NCBI GenBank assembly: GCA_963718915.1 | Contig: CAVRAI010000003.1 | Span: 90,001-122,000, forward strand | Direction of reading: 5' to 3' | DNA length: 32,000 nucleotides | Origin: an uncultured Chloroflexia bacterium | GTDB taxonomy: Bacteria > Chloroflexota > Ktedonobacteria > Ktedonobacterales > JADMIN01 | In this document: piece by piece, positions 7,992-16,012 of the stretch | Layout of the letters: each line of letters begins with the position of its first letter | Position numbering within the stretch: position 1 is the first letter of the stretch | Made by a program: the position numbers and the translations under genes | The notes under the pieces: model-generated | The model's database searches: none | Told to the model about the DNA's origin: nothing | The model's input: the letters and a program-made list of their open reading frames with translations, nothing else

Positions 7992-9026
7992 CTATCGCAA
8001 GCCCACCTTCTCCAGCACAGTTCGCAGCGTCGCCTGCGCTAGTGGCCTCACCTTCGCCGCGCCCTCGGCCATCAGCGCGTCGAGGCGGGCAGGATCGTCC
8101 ATCAGCGCCTTGTAGCGCTGCTGAATCGGCTCCAGCGTCGCGACGACGATGTCGGCCAGCGCCGCCTTGAACTCCTTGTAGCCCTTGCCCGCGAACTCCG
8201 CCTCGATGGCCTGCTGGCTCTGACCTGTCAGCGTCTGGTAGATCGTCAGCAGGTTGAAGATGCCGGGCCGGTTCTCGTCGAAGACGATGGTGCGCTGCGA
8301 GTCGGTGGTGGCGCGGGCAATCTTCTTGCGGATAGCGGCTGGCTCGTCGATCAGGGCGATGTACGAGTTCTCGATCCCGCTCTTGCTCATCTTCTTGCTG
8401 GGATCATCCAGCGACATGATGCGCGCGCCCACCTCGCGGATGATCGGTCGCGGCTCGACAAACGTCTCGCCGAAACGGTTGTTGAAGCTGTTGGCCACAT
8501 CGCGCGCCAGCTCGACGTGCTGCTTCTGGTCCTCGCCGACGGGCACGCCGTCGGTCTGGTAGAGCAGGATATCCGCCGCCATCAAGACGGGATAGGTGTA
8601 GAGACCCGCGCTCGCCAGCTCGCGATCCTCGCCAGCCTTCGTCTTGAACTGCGTCATCCGGTTCAGCCAACCGGTCGGCGTGATGCAATCCAGCACCCAT
8701 GCCAGTTCGGCGTGCTCGTGCATGTGCGACTGGACGAAGATACCGCTGCGCGCGGGATCGAGGCCAGCGGCGATCAACAGCGCGTAGAGCTGGCGTGTGT
8801 TGAAGCGCAGTTCGGCGGGGTCCTGTGGCACGGTGATGGCGTGCATGTCTACGACGCAATAGATGTTGTCGTAGATGTCCTGCTCGGCGACCCAGTGCCG
8901 GATCGCGCCGATGTAGTTGCCAAGTGTCGGCGTGCCCGATGGGGCGATGCCAGAAAACACCCGTTCGCGTTTCTCGGGGCTGGCGGCCTTCGCGCGTTTA
9001 CCAGCCGTAGCCGTTGATGTGCTCAT
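7992..9026 (-). CDS. trpS: Tryptophan--tRNA ligase, 344 aa
   Basis: Inside ORF 7992..9209, with the start at MSTSTATAGK (ATG 9026) and AGGAGAG about 8 nt upstream. Class-I aaRS signatures: TLGNYIGA (HIGH-like region) and KMSKS; also GEDQKQHVELARD. Confidence 0.95.
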   Translation of the reverse strand: MSTSTATAGKRAKAASPEKRERVFSGIAPSGTPTLGNYIGAIRHWVAEQDIYDNIYCVVDMHAITVPQDPAELRFNTRQLYALLIAAGLDPARSGIFVQSHMHEHAELAWVLDCITPTGWLNRMTQFKTKAGEDRELASAGLYTYPVLMAADILLYQTDGVPVGEDQKQHVELARDVANSFNNRFGETFVEPRPIIREVGARIMSLDDPSKKMSKSGIENSYIALIDEPAAIRKKIARATTDSQRTIVFDENRPGIFNLLTIYQTLTGQSQQAIEAEFAGKGYKEFKAALADIVVATLEPIQQRYKALMDDPARLDALMAEGAAKVRPLAQATLRTVLEKVGLR

Positions 9027-9407
9027 CCGCACACTCTCCTCTGGGCGTATTGCCCTGCGAAATACTAAAAAAGCCAATAAAAAAAGCCTCTCAGTCCCAC
9101 TGTTGGGACGAGAAGCTGTGAAGCCTTCGTGGTACCACCCGAATTCGAGCCAGCATCCGCGTGTGGCGGGCATGGCTCCTTGGCGAGCACGGGCGAACGT
9201 TTCTAGCACGCTACCGATGCTCCGCCCCGCTAACGGGAGGCCCCCGGCGAACCCTACGGCAAGATGATCTGCCGCTCGGGCTGCTGCTCACAGAACCATT
9301 CGGCGGGGGTTCCAGCGCCGGATTCCACCATCCCGGCTCGCTGTGGCTGTCACAGCACCCGCGTACTTTTTCTGTTCGCTGCTCTTCTCGATATATTGGT
9401 TGTCAGA
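9027..9407 (-). promoter_or_regulatory. T-box leader (tRNA-sensing riboswitch), probable Trp specifier, controlling trpS
   Basis: On the minus strand, AATTCGGGTGGTACCACG (complement of 9129-9146) matches the conserved T-box sequence AAnnnGGGUGGUACCgCG. An intrinsic terminator lies immediately downstream. An AGUA...GAA-UGG arrangement flanks a GCGGG/CCCGC helix, with UGG at the complement of 9296-9298. A second UGGUGG sits in a hairpin loop (9323-9332). Confidence 0.85.
9066..9117 (-). terminator. Intrinsic terminator of the T-box leader
   Basis: The minus-strand RNA AGCUUCUCGUCCCA-ACAG-UGGGACUGAGAGGCU forms about 14 bp with one bulged U. It is followed by UUUUUUUAUUGGCUUUUUU. Its 5' arm abuts the T-box sequence, as expected for terminator/antiterminator competition. 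Confidence 0.85.
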
Positions 9408-9414
9408 CACTCGC

Positions 9415-9444
9415 AGTATAGCGACGGAATGCGGCGGATGTCAA
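9415..9444 (-). promoter_or_regulatory. Sigma-70-type promoter for the T-box leader and trpS
   Basis: The minus strand reads TTGACA (complement of 9439-9444), an 18-nt spacer, then TATACT (complement of 9415-9420). Confidence 0.6.
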
Positions 9445-9550
9445 GATGACGTGTTCCCTGGGTGTGCCAGATAGAAAGGGGAGAATGAGGGATCTGAAGG
9501 TCGTCCGCGTCTACGGCTCGAGTTTGGCGTATGGGAGGGAACTGTAGCGC

Positions 9551-10564
9551 CTACCGACCCGCCGCAACGATGACGCGCCAGTTCCCGCCGGGCCAGGTCA
9601 CCTGTAGTGAGTAGCACCCGGCTTCGGCGATGGTGACGCCCGATCCCCACTCATGCCACCCCGGTTCGGGCGACCGATGGTATGTGTCACCCTGGGGCAC
9701 GGCGGGATCAAGGACAAATGTCCTCGCGGAGTGTGTGGCGTCGAGCGACCACCACGCCAAGGCCCCGGTGCGCAGATCGATCAGTTGCACAGACACCGGC
9801 TGCGTGTAGTTGGGGCCGACCTCCCAGATGATCTTGTTTCCGGGGAAGGGCGTGTAGCCGTTCTGCTCGGCGTGGATCGTGATGGGAACGGTGCTACCGC
9901 CCAGGTAGGGCCGGGGGATCCACACGGGCGCATGGCCCACGAACTGGACGCCTCCCACGAAGCCGCCAAAGTGGGAGAAGCTGAGGGTATCGAGCGAAGG
10001 TGACGCCGGGCAGTGCTGGGGCGGTGAGTCCAAGAGGCCGGAGACCGGACATGGGCCGGTCTCCGGTGTGCAGGTGGGTACGGCGGTAATCATCGGCAGT
10101 GGCGTGACCGTCGGCACGGGTGTGCGCATGGTCGGCATCCCTTGCGCGGAACAGCCCGTCAGGACGAGAACCCCGATCAGCAGCGCTCCGCCAGCAGACA
10201 GCAGGCCACGGGAGGGCCACTGGCTCCTGCGCCGCCGAGCAACGAGCCTGTGGTAGTGCGGTAGCACCGCGAGCAAGAGAGCCAGCCAGAGCGCGACCAC
10301 CGCGACGACGCTAACCGCCGCCAACGGACGAAACCGCAACCGCCAGGGAAATGTCACCAGCCACCAGAACGGAGGAACAATCTCCGCACAAAGGAGATAG
10401 ATCAGGCAAGCGATGGCATAGAAGACAAAGAACCCGGTAAAATCAACGCCGAAAAACTGAGCATCATGGCGAAACCAAGCGATAATGATAAAAATGGCGG
10501 ATGCCCAGAGATAAAGCCACCAGAGCATACGGGCATAGATCGCGGCTGTAGACCATCTGGACAT
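9551..10564 (-). CDS. Hypothetical polytopic membrane protein with a C-terminal extracytoplasmic domain, 337 aa
   Basis: ORF 9551..10564, with AGGAGG about 8 nt upstream of the ATG. The N-terminal third has several hydrophobic helices rich in W/F. An internal RRRRSQWPSRGLLSAGGALLIGVLVLTGCSAQG segment resembles a lipoprotein signal. The C-terminal half of about 190 aa has no family I recognise. Confidence 0.7.
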   Translation of the reverse strand: MSRWSTAAIYARMLWWLYLWASAIFIIIAWFRHDAQFFGVDFTGFFVFYAIACLIYLLCAEIVPPFWWLVTFPWRLRFRPLAAVSVVAVVALWLALLLAVLPHYHRLVARRRRSQWPSRGLLSAGGALLIGVLVLTGCSAQGMPTMRTPVPTVTPLPMITAVPTCTPETGPCPVSGLLDSPPQHCPASPSLDTLSFSHFGGFVGGVQFVGHAPVWIPRPYLGGSTVPITIHAEQNGYTPFPGNKIIWEVGPNYTQPVSVQLIDLRTGALAWWSLDATHSARTFVLDPAVPQGDTYHRSPEPGWHEWGSGVTIAEAGCYSLQVTWPGGNWRVIVAAGR

Positions 10565-10729
10565 ACGGGCGCACCTCCTGGCAGGTCGCTAATGACCGTA
10601 TCATACAGCACGCGAGCAAATGTAGACATAGTAACGGCGCCTGCTGGCCACCATTGCGTAGGCAGCGTCCGATGTGGAACCATATGTGTATCTCCTCATG
10701 ACAGGCCTGGGGAGAGACAGGAGCAGCGC

Positions 10730-11458
10730 ATGCTGACGGAGCGAGACGGCACGATCATCGAGATGATGGACGATCTGGCGCAGGATGACGCCGGGCTGCG
10801 CCGCTCGCTGGCCGACATCCGCCGCATCAACACCATCCTCGGTTGGCGGCGCTATGCCGTCGGCGCGGTAGCCCGGCGCGTGCGCGCGAGTGGCATGCGT
10901 TCGTTCTCGCTGCTCGATCTCGCCTCTGGCTCGGCGGATATCCCGCTGGCCATCGCCGACTGGGCAAACCGCAGTGGCATTGCCGCCCGCATCGTCGTCA
11001 GCGATATCCATCCTGTCATGCTGGCAGTTGCCCGCGAGCAGACGCGCACGACGCCCACCGTTACCGTGGAGACATGCGACGCGCTCAATCCACACTATCC
11101 CGACGGCAGCTTCGATATCGCCCTCTGCACCCTCGCCCTGCATCACTTCGCGCCGGAGGACGCCGCACAGATTCTGCGCTCGATGGCGCGGGTGGGGCGG
11201 CACGTGATGGTCTTCGATCTGGCGCGGGCGCGGCTGGCCTATCTGGGCGCGCTGGTGATGACGCGCGGCCTGCGGATGGATCCAATCACCCGTTTCGATG
11301 CGCCTGCCTCGGTGCGCCGGGCGTATACCGCGACCGAGTTGCGCGCGCTGGCGAAGCAGGCGGGGCTGCGCGGCGACCGCGTTGGGATGCGCTTCCCGTT
11401 CCGGCTGACGCTTGACACACCGGGCTTTTCCAGTGGCGGAGATACGGCCAATGGCTGA
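10730..11458 (+). CDS. Class I SAM-dependent methyltransferase, 242 aa
   Basis: Inside ORF 10466..11458, with the start at MLTERDG (ATG 10730) and AGGAG about 8 nt upstream. SAM-binding motif I: LLDLASGSADIP; also FDIALCTLALHHF. The stop overlaps the next gene's start (ATGGCTGA). Confidence 0.82.
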   Translation: MLTERDGTIIEMMDDLAQDDAGLRRSLADIRRINTILGWRRYAVGAVARRVRASGMRSFSLLDLASGSADIPLAIADWANRSGIAARIVVSDIHPVMLAVAREQTRTTPTVTVETCDALNPHYPDGSFDIALCTLALHHFAPEDAAQILRSMARVGRHVMVFDLARARLAYLGALVMTRGLRMDPITRFDAPASVRRAYTATELRALAKQAGLRGDRVGMRFPFRLTLDTPGFSSGGDTANG

Positions 11459-12683
11459 CGCAAACGATGGCATCTACGATGTCGCGGTGGTCGGCGCTGG
11501 CCCGGCTGGCTCCGCCGTGGCGACGTATCTCGCCCGCGAAGGCTGGCGCGTGGCGCTCGTCGACCGCAGTGTCTTCCCGCGCGAGAAGCCCTGCGCCGAG
11601 GCGCTGAGTCCCGCTGCCGAGCCGCTGTTGGCCGAACTGGGCGCGCTCGAGAGCATCCTTGAAACGCACCCCGCGCGGTTGCGTGGCTTCCGTGTCTACG
11701 CCCCCAACGGTCACTTCTTTCAGGGCGACTTCGCCGCCACTCATGACACGAACGGCAAGAGCATCTTCAAGACGGGGCTGGTCGTCGCCCGGCTGCGACT
11801 GGACGCGGCGCTGCTGGACGCGGCGAAACGGGCGGGCGCGGAGGTGCGCGAGGGCTGGCGGCTGGGAACACTTGCCCGCGAGGGCGAGGGCTGGCGGCTG
11901 CGGTCGGTCACCGGCGAGGAGCTATGCGCGCGGCTGCTGATCGCGGCGGACGGCGTGCATTCGACGGTAGCCCAGCGGCTGAAGCTGCACCAGACCGGGC
12001 GGCTGCGCAAAGTGGCGCTGGTGGCCCATATCCGCGGCATCACCGAATTGGACGACTATGGCGAGATGCACGTCGCCAACCGCCGCTATGTCGGCCTCGC
12101 GCCGCTGGAAGCGCCTGAGGTCGGCACGCTCTGCAACGTCGCGATGGTGGTGGACGAGGCGCGCGAACGGGACAAGCTGGCGGGGCGTCCGCAGCCGTTT
12201 CTGCTGGAGGCGCTGCACACCTTCCCCCGGCTGCGCGGGCGGCTGGGGAACATGGAGGTCGTGCGCAAGACTATCGCCATTAGCCGCATTCATGTGGTGG
12301 CGCGGCGTATCGTCGACGACGGGCTGCTGCTGGTGGGCGACGCGGCGGGCTACTACGATCCCTTTACTGGCGAGGGCATCTATGGCGCGCTGGCCAGCGC
12401 GAAACTCGCCGCCGGGGTCGCGGGCAGGGCGCTCGCGGCTGGCACGATGGAACAGGCGGCGCTGGCGGAGTATCAGCAAGGGCATGCAGCGCTCTTTCGG
12501 GGCAAAGGCACAGTCGAGGCGATCATCCAGTCGGCGGTGCGGTTCCCCCCGCTGATGAACCACGTCGCGGCGCAACTCTCGCAACGCAAGGCGATGGCCG
12601 ATACGCTGCTGGGCGTCACCGGCGATTTTCTGCCAACGAGCGCGGTGCTGAATCCGCGCTATCTCGCCCGGCTGGTGATGTGA
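11451..12683 (+). CDS. FAD-dependent oxidoreductase, geranylgeranyl-reductase-like family, 410 aa
   Basis: Inside ORF 11412..12683, with the start at MADANDGIYDVAVVGAGPAGS. It has a Rossmann GxGxxG with downstream FPREKPCAEAL, and LLVGDAAGYYDPFTGEGI (GD motif). It is translationally coupled to the methyltransferase. Confidence 0.87.
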   Translation: MADANDGIYDVAVVGAGPAGSAVATYLAREGWRVALVDRSVFPREKPCAEALSPAAEPLLAELGALESILETHPARLRGFRVYAPNGHFFQGDFAATHDTNGKSIFKTGLVVARLRLDAALLDAAKRAGAEVREGWRLGTLAREGEGWRLRSVTGEELCARLLIAADGVHSTVAQRLKLHQTGRLRKVALVAHIRGITELDDYGEMHVANRRYVGLAPLEAPEVGTLCNVAMVVDEARERDKLAGRPQPFLLEALHTFPRLRGRLGNMEVVRKTIAISRIHVVARRIVDDGLLLVGDAAGYYDPFTGEGIYGALASAKLAAGVAGRALAAGTMEQAALAEYQQGHAALFRGKGTVEAIIQSAVRFPPLMNHVAAQLSQRKAMADTLLGVTGDFLPTSAVLNPRYLARLVM

Positions 12684-12737
12684 CGGCGTGAGGTGGCGCA
12701 TGAAGCTAGAGCGCCATCATCTCCTCACGCCATCAGC

Positions 12738-13613
12738 TTATTTGCCTGTGGGGTCATCTGGGAAGAGCGTGGGCCGCTGCCCTGCGACAACTCGCTGTTG
12801 CTCGGCGCGCTCGAGTTGCTGAATAGATTGCTCTGGCGTGGGCAAGTCTTCCGGCATCGTACCACCCAGCCGCGCAATCGTCTCACGCACCTCACGGCCA
12901 ACGGTGAAATGGGTCTGATTGGCGTCGGCCCTGTTGTCAGTGCCTTCGCGCTCCAGCTTGGCGGTTGTCTGCGCAGCGCGGAAGATATTACTGGCAAGCT
13001 CTTCGGGGTTCATCCAGTCGAGGATTTTCTCGCCTTTCGTCAGACCCTTGCGTGCGGCGATGTCGCGGGCCTTCTCGCCACCATAGAGGCCCATGTAGCC
13101 GAAGTCCTGAAAGACGGCGAAGTCGCGTGAGGTGATAACGCCAGCGTCGAATGCGGCATCGGCAAGGGCGCGGTTCCTGTCAGCCATCTCCCCGCGTAGG
13201 AGCAGGCGCTGTTGCCCTTCTGGCAGTTGCGCCGCCACCTCGTCGAGACGCCGCGCGCCCTCGTGCGCCAGCCATTGCTTGATGGGCTCCGCCTTCGGGC
13301 TGGGCACACTCTGCACGATACGCAGCATCGTTTCGGTATCGGCGGCGTCCGTTTTATACATCTTGCCATCGAGGGCTGAGCGCATTTTCAGTTGTCCGAT
13401 TTTTGCGGACAACTCAGTAAAACCCTCGCCCAGCATCTTTGATTTCAAATCCGACCAATACTTCCGTGGCCGATCTGAGTCGGTTAGCACCGCAATCACA
13501 TCCACCACGCTGAAGTACCAGCGGCCGTCGTGCCAGACCCGTCGGATCAGGCGCCCAGCGCTACCATCGTCAAAGGGCAGGATGGCCTGGTCGTCGCCAT
13601 TCATCTCGCTCAT
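12738..13613 (-). CDS. DinD-like DNA-damage-inducible protein with an N-terminal Bro-N-type domain, 291 aa
   Basis: ORF 12738..13613. The N-terminus (IRRVWHDGRWYFSVVDVIAVLTDSDRPRKYWSDLK) looks like a Bro-N/KilA-N-type DNA-binding domain. The C-terminal half (RKGLTKGEKILDWMNPEELASNIFRAAQTTAKL...THFTVGREVRETIARLGGTMPEDLPTPEQSIQQLE) resembles E. coli DinD as I remember it. Confidence 0.75.
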   Translation of the reverse strand: MSEMNGDDQAILPFDDGSAGRLIRRVWHDGRWYFSVVDVIAVLTDSDRPRKYWSDLKSKMLGEGFTELSAKIGQLKMRSALDGKMYKTDAADTETMLRIVQSVPSPKAEPIKQWLAHEGARRLDEVAAQLPEGQQRLLLRGEMADRNRALADAAFDAGVITSRDFAVFQDFGYMGLYGGEKARDIAARKGLTKGEKILDWMNPEELASNIFRAAQTTAKLEREGTDNRADANQTHFTVGREVRETIARLGGTMPEDLPTPEQSIQQLERAEQQRVVAGQRPTLFPDDPTGK

Positions 13614-13792
13614 TACTCGCGCTCCCTCATTTTCAGCTGGTGGCGGCTGTAATTCTATCCGCCAGCTTTCTCGTTGCGTCGAGTATAGAACAAACGTCTG
13701 GAGCTGTCAACAAGTATGTCTCCCCACACCTAAAGACAGCAGTGCATCCTGAATATCGGACTCAGATGATAGAGTTGCCGAGCAGGAAAGCA

Positions 13793-14881
13793 CTAGAAAC
13801 GCCAGAGGGCCAGCTCCAGCGAGAGGCCGGGACCGAACGCCATCATCACGCCCCACTCGCCCGGATGGGTCGCGCCGGATTGCAGCAGGTCGTCCAGAAT
13901 CAGCAGCACCGTGGCCGACGAGCAGTTGCCGCGCTCGGCCAGTACCCGCCACGACGGCGCGATCTGCGCGTCGCTCAACTCCAGCCGCTGCTGAATAACC
14001 TCCAGGATGCTCGGGCCGCCGGGATGGACGATCCAGTGGGTGATGTCGGGGAGGGTCAGCCCATGTGGCGCGAGCAGCCGCTCAACCGCGCCGCGCACCT
14101 GCCGCCGCAGAGTGATCGGCACGCGCGGCGAGAGGCCCATGACGAAGCCGCTATCGGTGATCGTCCACGACATCTGCTCAGCGGTGGCGAAGTCGGCGAA
14201 GTTGTAGGTATCCACCAGCGCCGGACCACGCGCCACGGCATCGTCAGCGTTACTCAGCGTCAGCGCGACGGCGGCGTCGCCAAAGAGCGCGAACGAGGTC
14301 ATCGCCTCGATATCCTGTGTTGGCGAGAAGTGCAGCCCCGAAAGCTCGACGCTCAAGAGCGCCACCGTCGCATCGGGATAGGCGCGTAGCGTCGCCAGCG
14401 CCTGCCGCAAGCCGACCAGCACGCCATGACAGCCCATATGACCGATGCAGATGCGGCGCAGGTCGCCCGGCAGCCCCAGGTCGCGCGCCAGCAGAATATC
14501 GAGGCCCGGCGCGGCATACCCCGTACACGAGACCAGCGTCAGATCGCTCAGCGCCTGCCCCTCCGACTGGCGCAGGCAGCCTTCGAGCGCCTCGCGGCCC
14601 AGCGCGTGGCCCGCCGTCTGATAGCTCGCCATCCGCTCGGCGGTGCTGCGCGGGCGGTCGTAATACGCGAGCAGATCGAGGGCGAAACGCCGCCGCTCGA
14701 CACGGGTGGCGGCAAAGAGCCTGCGCATCTGCGGCGTATCGGAGCGGGTCTGCCAGTCCGGCCCGAAGGCACGCTCCAGCGCGGCAGGCATCAGCGTTTC
14801 CTGGGAGAACTCGAACGGAGGCAGAGCGCTGGCGAGCGCGCGGATACGTGGGGCAGTCGGCGCGGCGGTCTTGGCGGTCAT
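13793..14881 (-). CDS. Type III polyketide synthase (chalcone/stilbene synthase family), 362 aa
   Basis: Inside ORF 13793..14962. Candidate Cys-His-Asn triad contexts: VSCTGYAAPGLD, WIVHPGGPSILE, ERGNCSSATV. It ends in the GFGPG-like loop MAFGPGLS. The start is placed at MTAKTAAPT (ATG 14881); ATG 14899 (MKIGRAM) is the alternative. Confidence 0.9.
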   Translation of the reverse strand: MTAKTAAPTAPRIRALASALPPFEFSQETLMPAALERAFGPDWQTRSDTPQMRRLFAATRVERRRFALDLLAYYDRPRSTAERMASYQTAGHALGREALEGCLRQSEGQALSDLTLVSCTGYAAPGLDILLARDLGLPGDLRRICIGHMGCHGVLVGLRQALATLRAYPDATVALLSVELSGLHFSPTQDIEAMTSFALFGDAAVALTLSNADDAVARGPALVDTYNFADFATAEQMSWTITDSGFVMGLSPRVPITLRRQVRGAVERLLAPHGLTLPDITHWIVHPGGPSILEVIQQRLELSDAQIAPSWRVLAERGNCSSATVLLILDDLLQSGATHPGEWGVMMAFGPGLSLELALWRF

Positions 14882-14910
14882 GGCGCGTCCTATCTTCATC
14901 TGGCCCGTCT

Positions 14911-15045
14911 TATAGCTGGTATGGCTGGCGCGGCGCGTGACGTATGCGCGACGTATGCACAAACTATATCAGCTATACGCCCGAATGGTATGGCGCGGAT
15001 GAATCGCGGCATCCTGATTTATACGTAGGCGGACGGTGGTATGGC
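14911..15045. promoter_or_regulatory. Cluster of short repeats upstream of the type III PKS (candidate operator array)
   Basis: TGGTATGGC occurs three times (14917-14925, 14986-14994, 15037-15045). GACGTATGC occurs twice, 11 nt apart (14939-14947, 14950-14958). The inverted pair TATAGCTG (14911-14918) and CAGCTATA (14970-14977) is also present. Confidence 0.4.
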
Positions 15046-15124
15046 GAAAATGCGGCTGGGAGGGATGCTGCCCGATACCAGCTTCATCTTCGCCATATCA
15101 CCACAAAGCATGTTGTGGGCCAGG

Positions 15125-15985
15125 TTAGACGCGCCTGAGTTTCTCCGGGTTGGCGACGATGCGAATCGCCTGAATCTTCCCCTGCTCCACGTCAACAGTC
15201 AGCACGGTAAATGGCTGGGCGCCAATATGGACAACCAACGCTGCCTGACCGTTGACTTCCTCTGGCTCGACATGAGCGTCATCTGGCCAGAAGCGTCGCG
15301 ACGCCAGCATAAAGCGCGCTACGGAGTCGCGTCCGTAGACCGGACGTGTAGCGGCGCCCTTGACCTTGCCGCCGCCATCGGCCCACAGCGTGACATCTTC
15401 GGCCAGCATGCCCGTCAGCGCATTCATATCGCCCCCCTGCACCGCGCGGAGGAAGCCTGCGAGCAGTTGCTGGTGCGTCTCGCGTGAGGCGGGGAAGCGT
15501 GGCCGATGGTCGCGCAGATGATGTTTCGCGCGGCTGAAGGAGCGGCGACAGGCCGCCTCGCTCTTTTCGAGGATAGCCGCGATCTCGGCAAACTCGTAGC
15601 CAAAGACCTCGCGCAGCAGAAAGACCGCCCGCTCGAACGGCTGTAGCTGTTCCAGCAGCATCAGAAAAGCCAGCGAGATCGACTCCTCCATATCGACGCG
15701 CCTCTCGGGATCGCTGGCCTCGGCGGCCTCGTCCGTCTGAATCGGCTCTGGCAGCCAGGGGCCGACATACTGCTCCCGCTTCCGCCGCGCGAGGTGGAGC
15801 TGGTCCATGCACAGGCGCGTGAGGATCGTGGTGAGATAGGCCTTGAGCGAATCGACGTGCTCCGGCTGGTGAGTCTGGTAGCGCAGGTAGGTCTCCTGCA
15901 CGATATCCTCAGCATCCATCGCGCTGCCGAGCATGCGGTAGGCGATGGCGAAGAGGTAGGGTCGGTAGGTCTCAAAAGATTCCAT
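15125..15985 (-). CDS. ECF sigma factor with a fused C-terminal SnoaL-like extension (ECF41/SigJ-like), 286 aa
   Basis: ORF 15125..15985. Region 2: YRPYLFAIAYRMLGSAMDAEDIVQETYLRY. Region 4: ERAVFLLREVFGYEFAEIAAILEKSEAACRRSFSRAKHHL. The C-terminal extension of about 100 aa (LLAGFLRAVQGGDMNALTGMLAEDVTLWADGGG) is typical of ECF41. Confidence 0.88.
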   Translation of the reverse strand: MESFETYRPYLFAIAYRMLGSAMDAEDIVQETYLRYQTHQPEHVDSLKAYLTTILTRLCMDQLHLARRKREQYVGPWLPEPIQTDEAAEASDPERRVDMEESISLAFLMLLEQLQPFERAVFLLREVFGYEFAEIAAILEKSEAACRRSFSRAKHHLRDHRPRFPASRETHQQLLAGFLRAVQGGDMNALTGMLAEDVTLWADGGGKVKGAATRPVYGRDSVARFMLASRRFWPDDAHVEPEEVNGQAALVVHIGAQPFTVLTVDVEQGKIQAIRIVANPEKLRRV

Positions 15986-16012
15986 AGTCGTCTTGCCTGC
16001 GCTATTCTTCCG

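Noticed and set aside
10601-12701. Minus-strand ORFs 10601..11473 and 11922..12701 antisense to the methyltransferase and FAD oxidoreductase
   Set aside because: They are shadow ORFs with Arg/His/Gln-rich junk composition. The plus-strand genes have clear SAM and FAD motifs and translational coupling.
13688-13699. GAACAAACGTCT as a bona fide LexA (Cheo-type) box for the dinD-like gene
   Set aside because: The right half-site is GTCT rather than GTTC, so two of its four bases are wrong. It is kept only as a low-priority check within the dinD finding.
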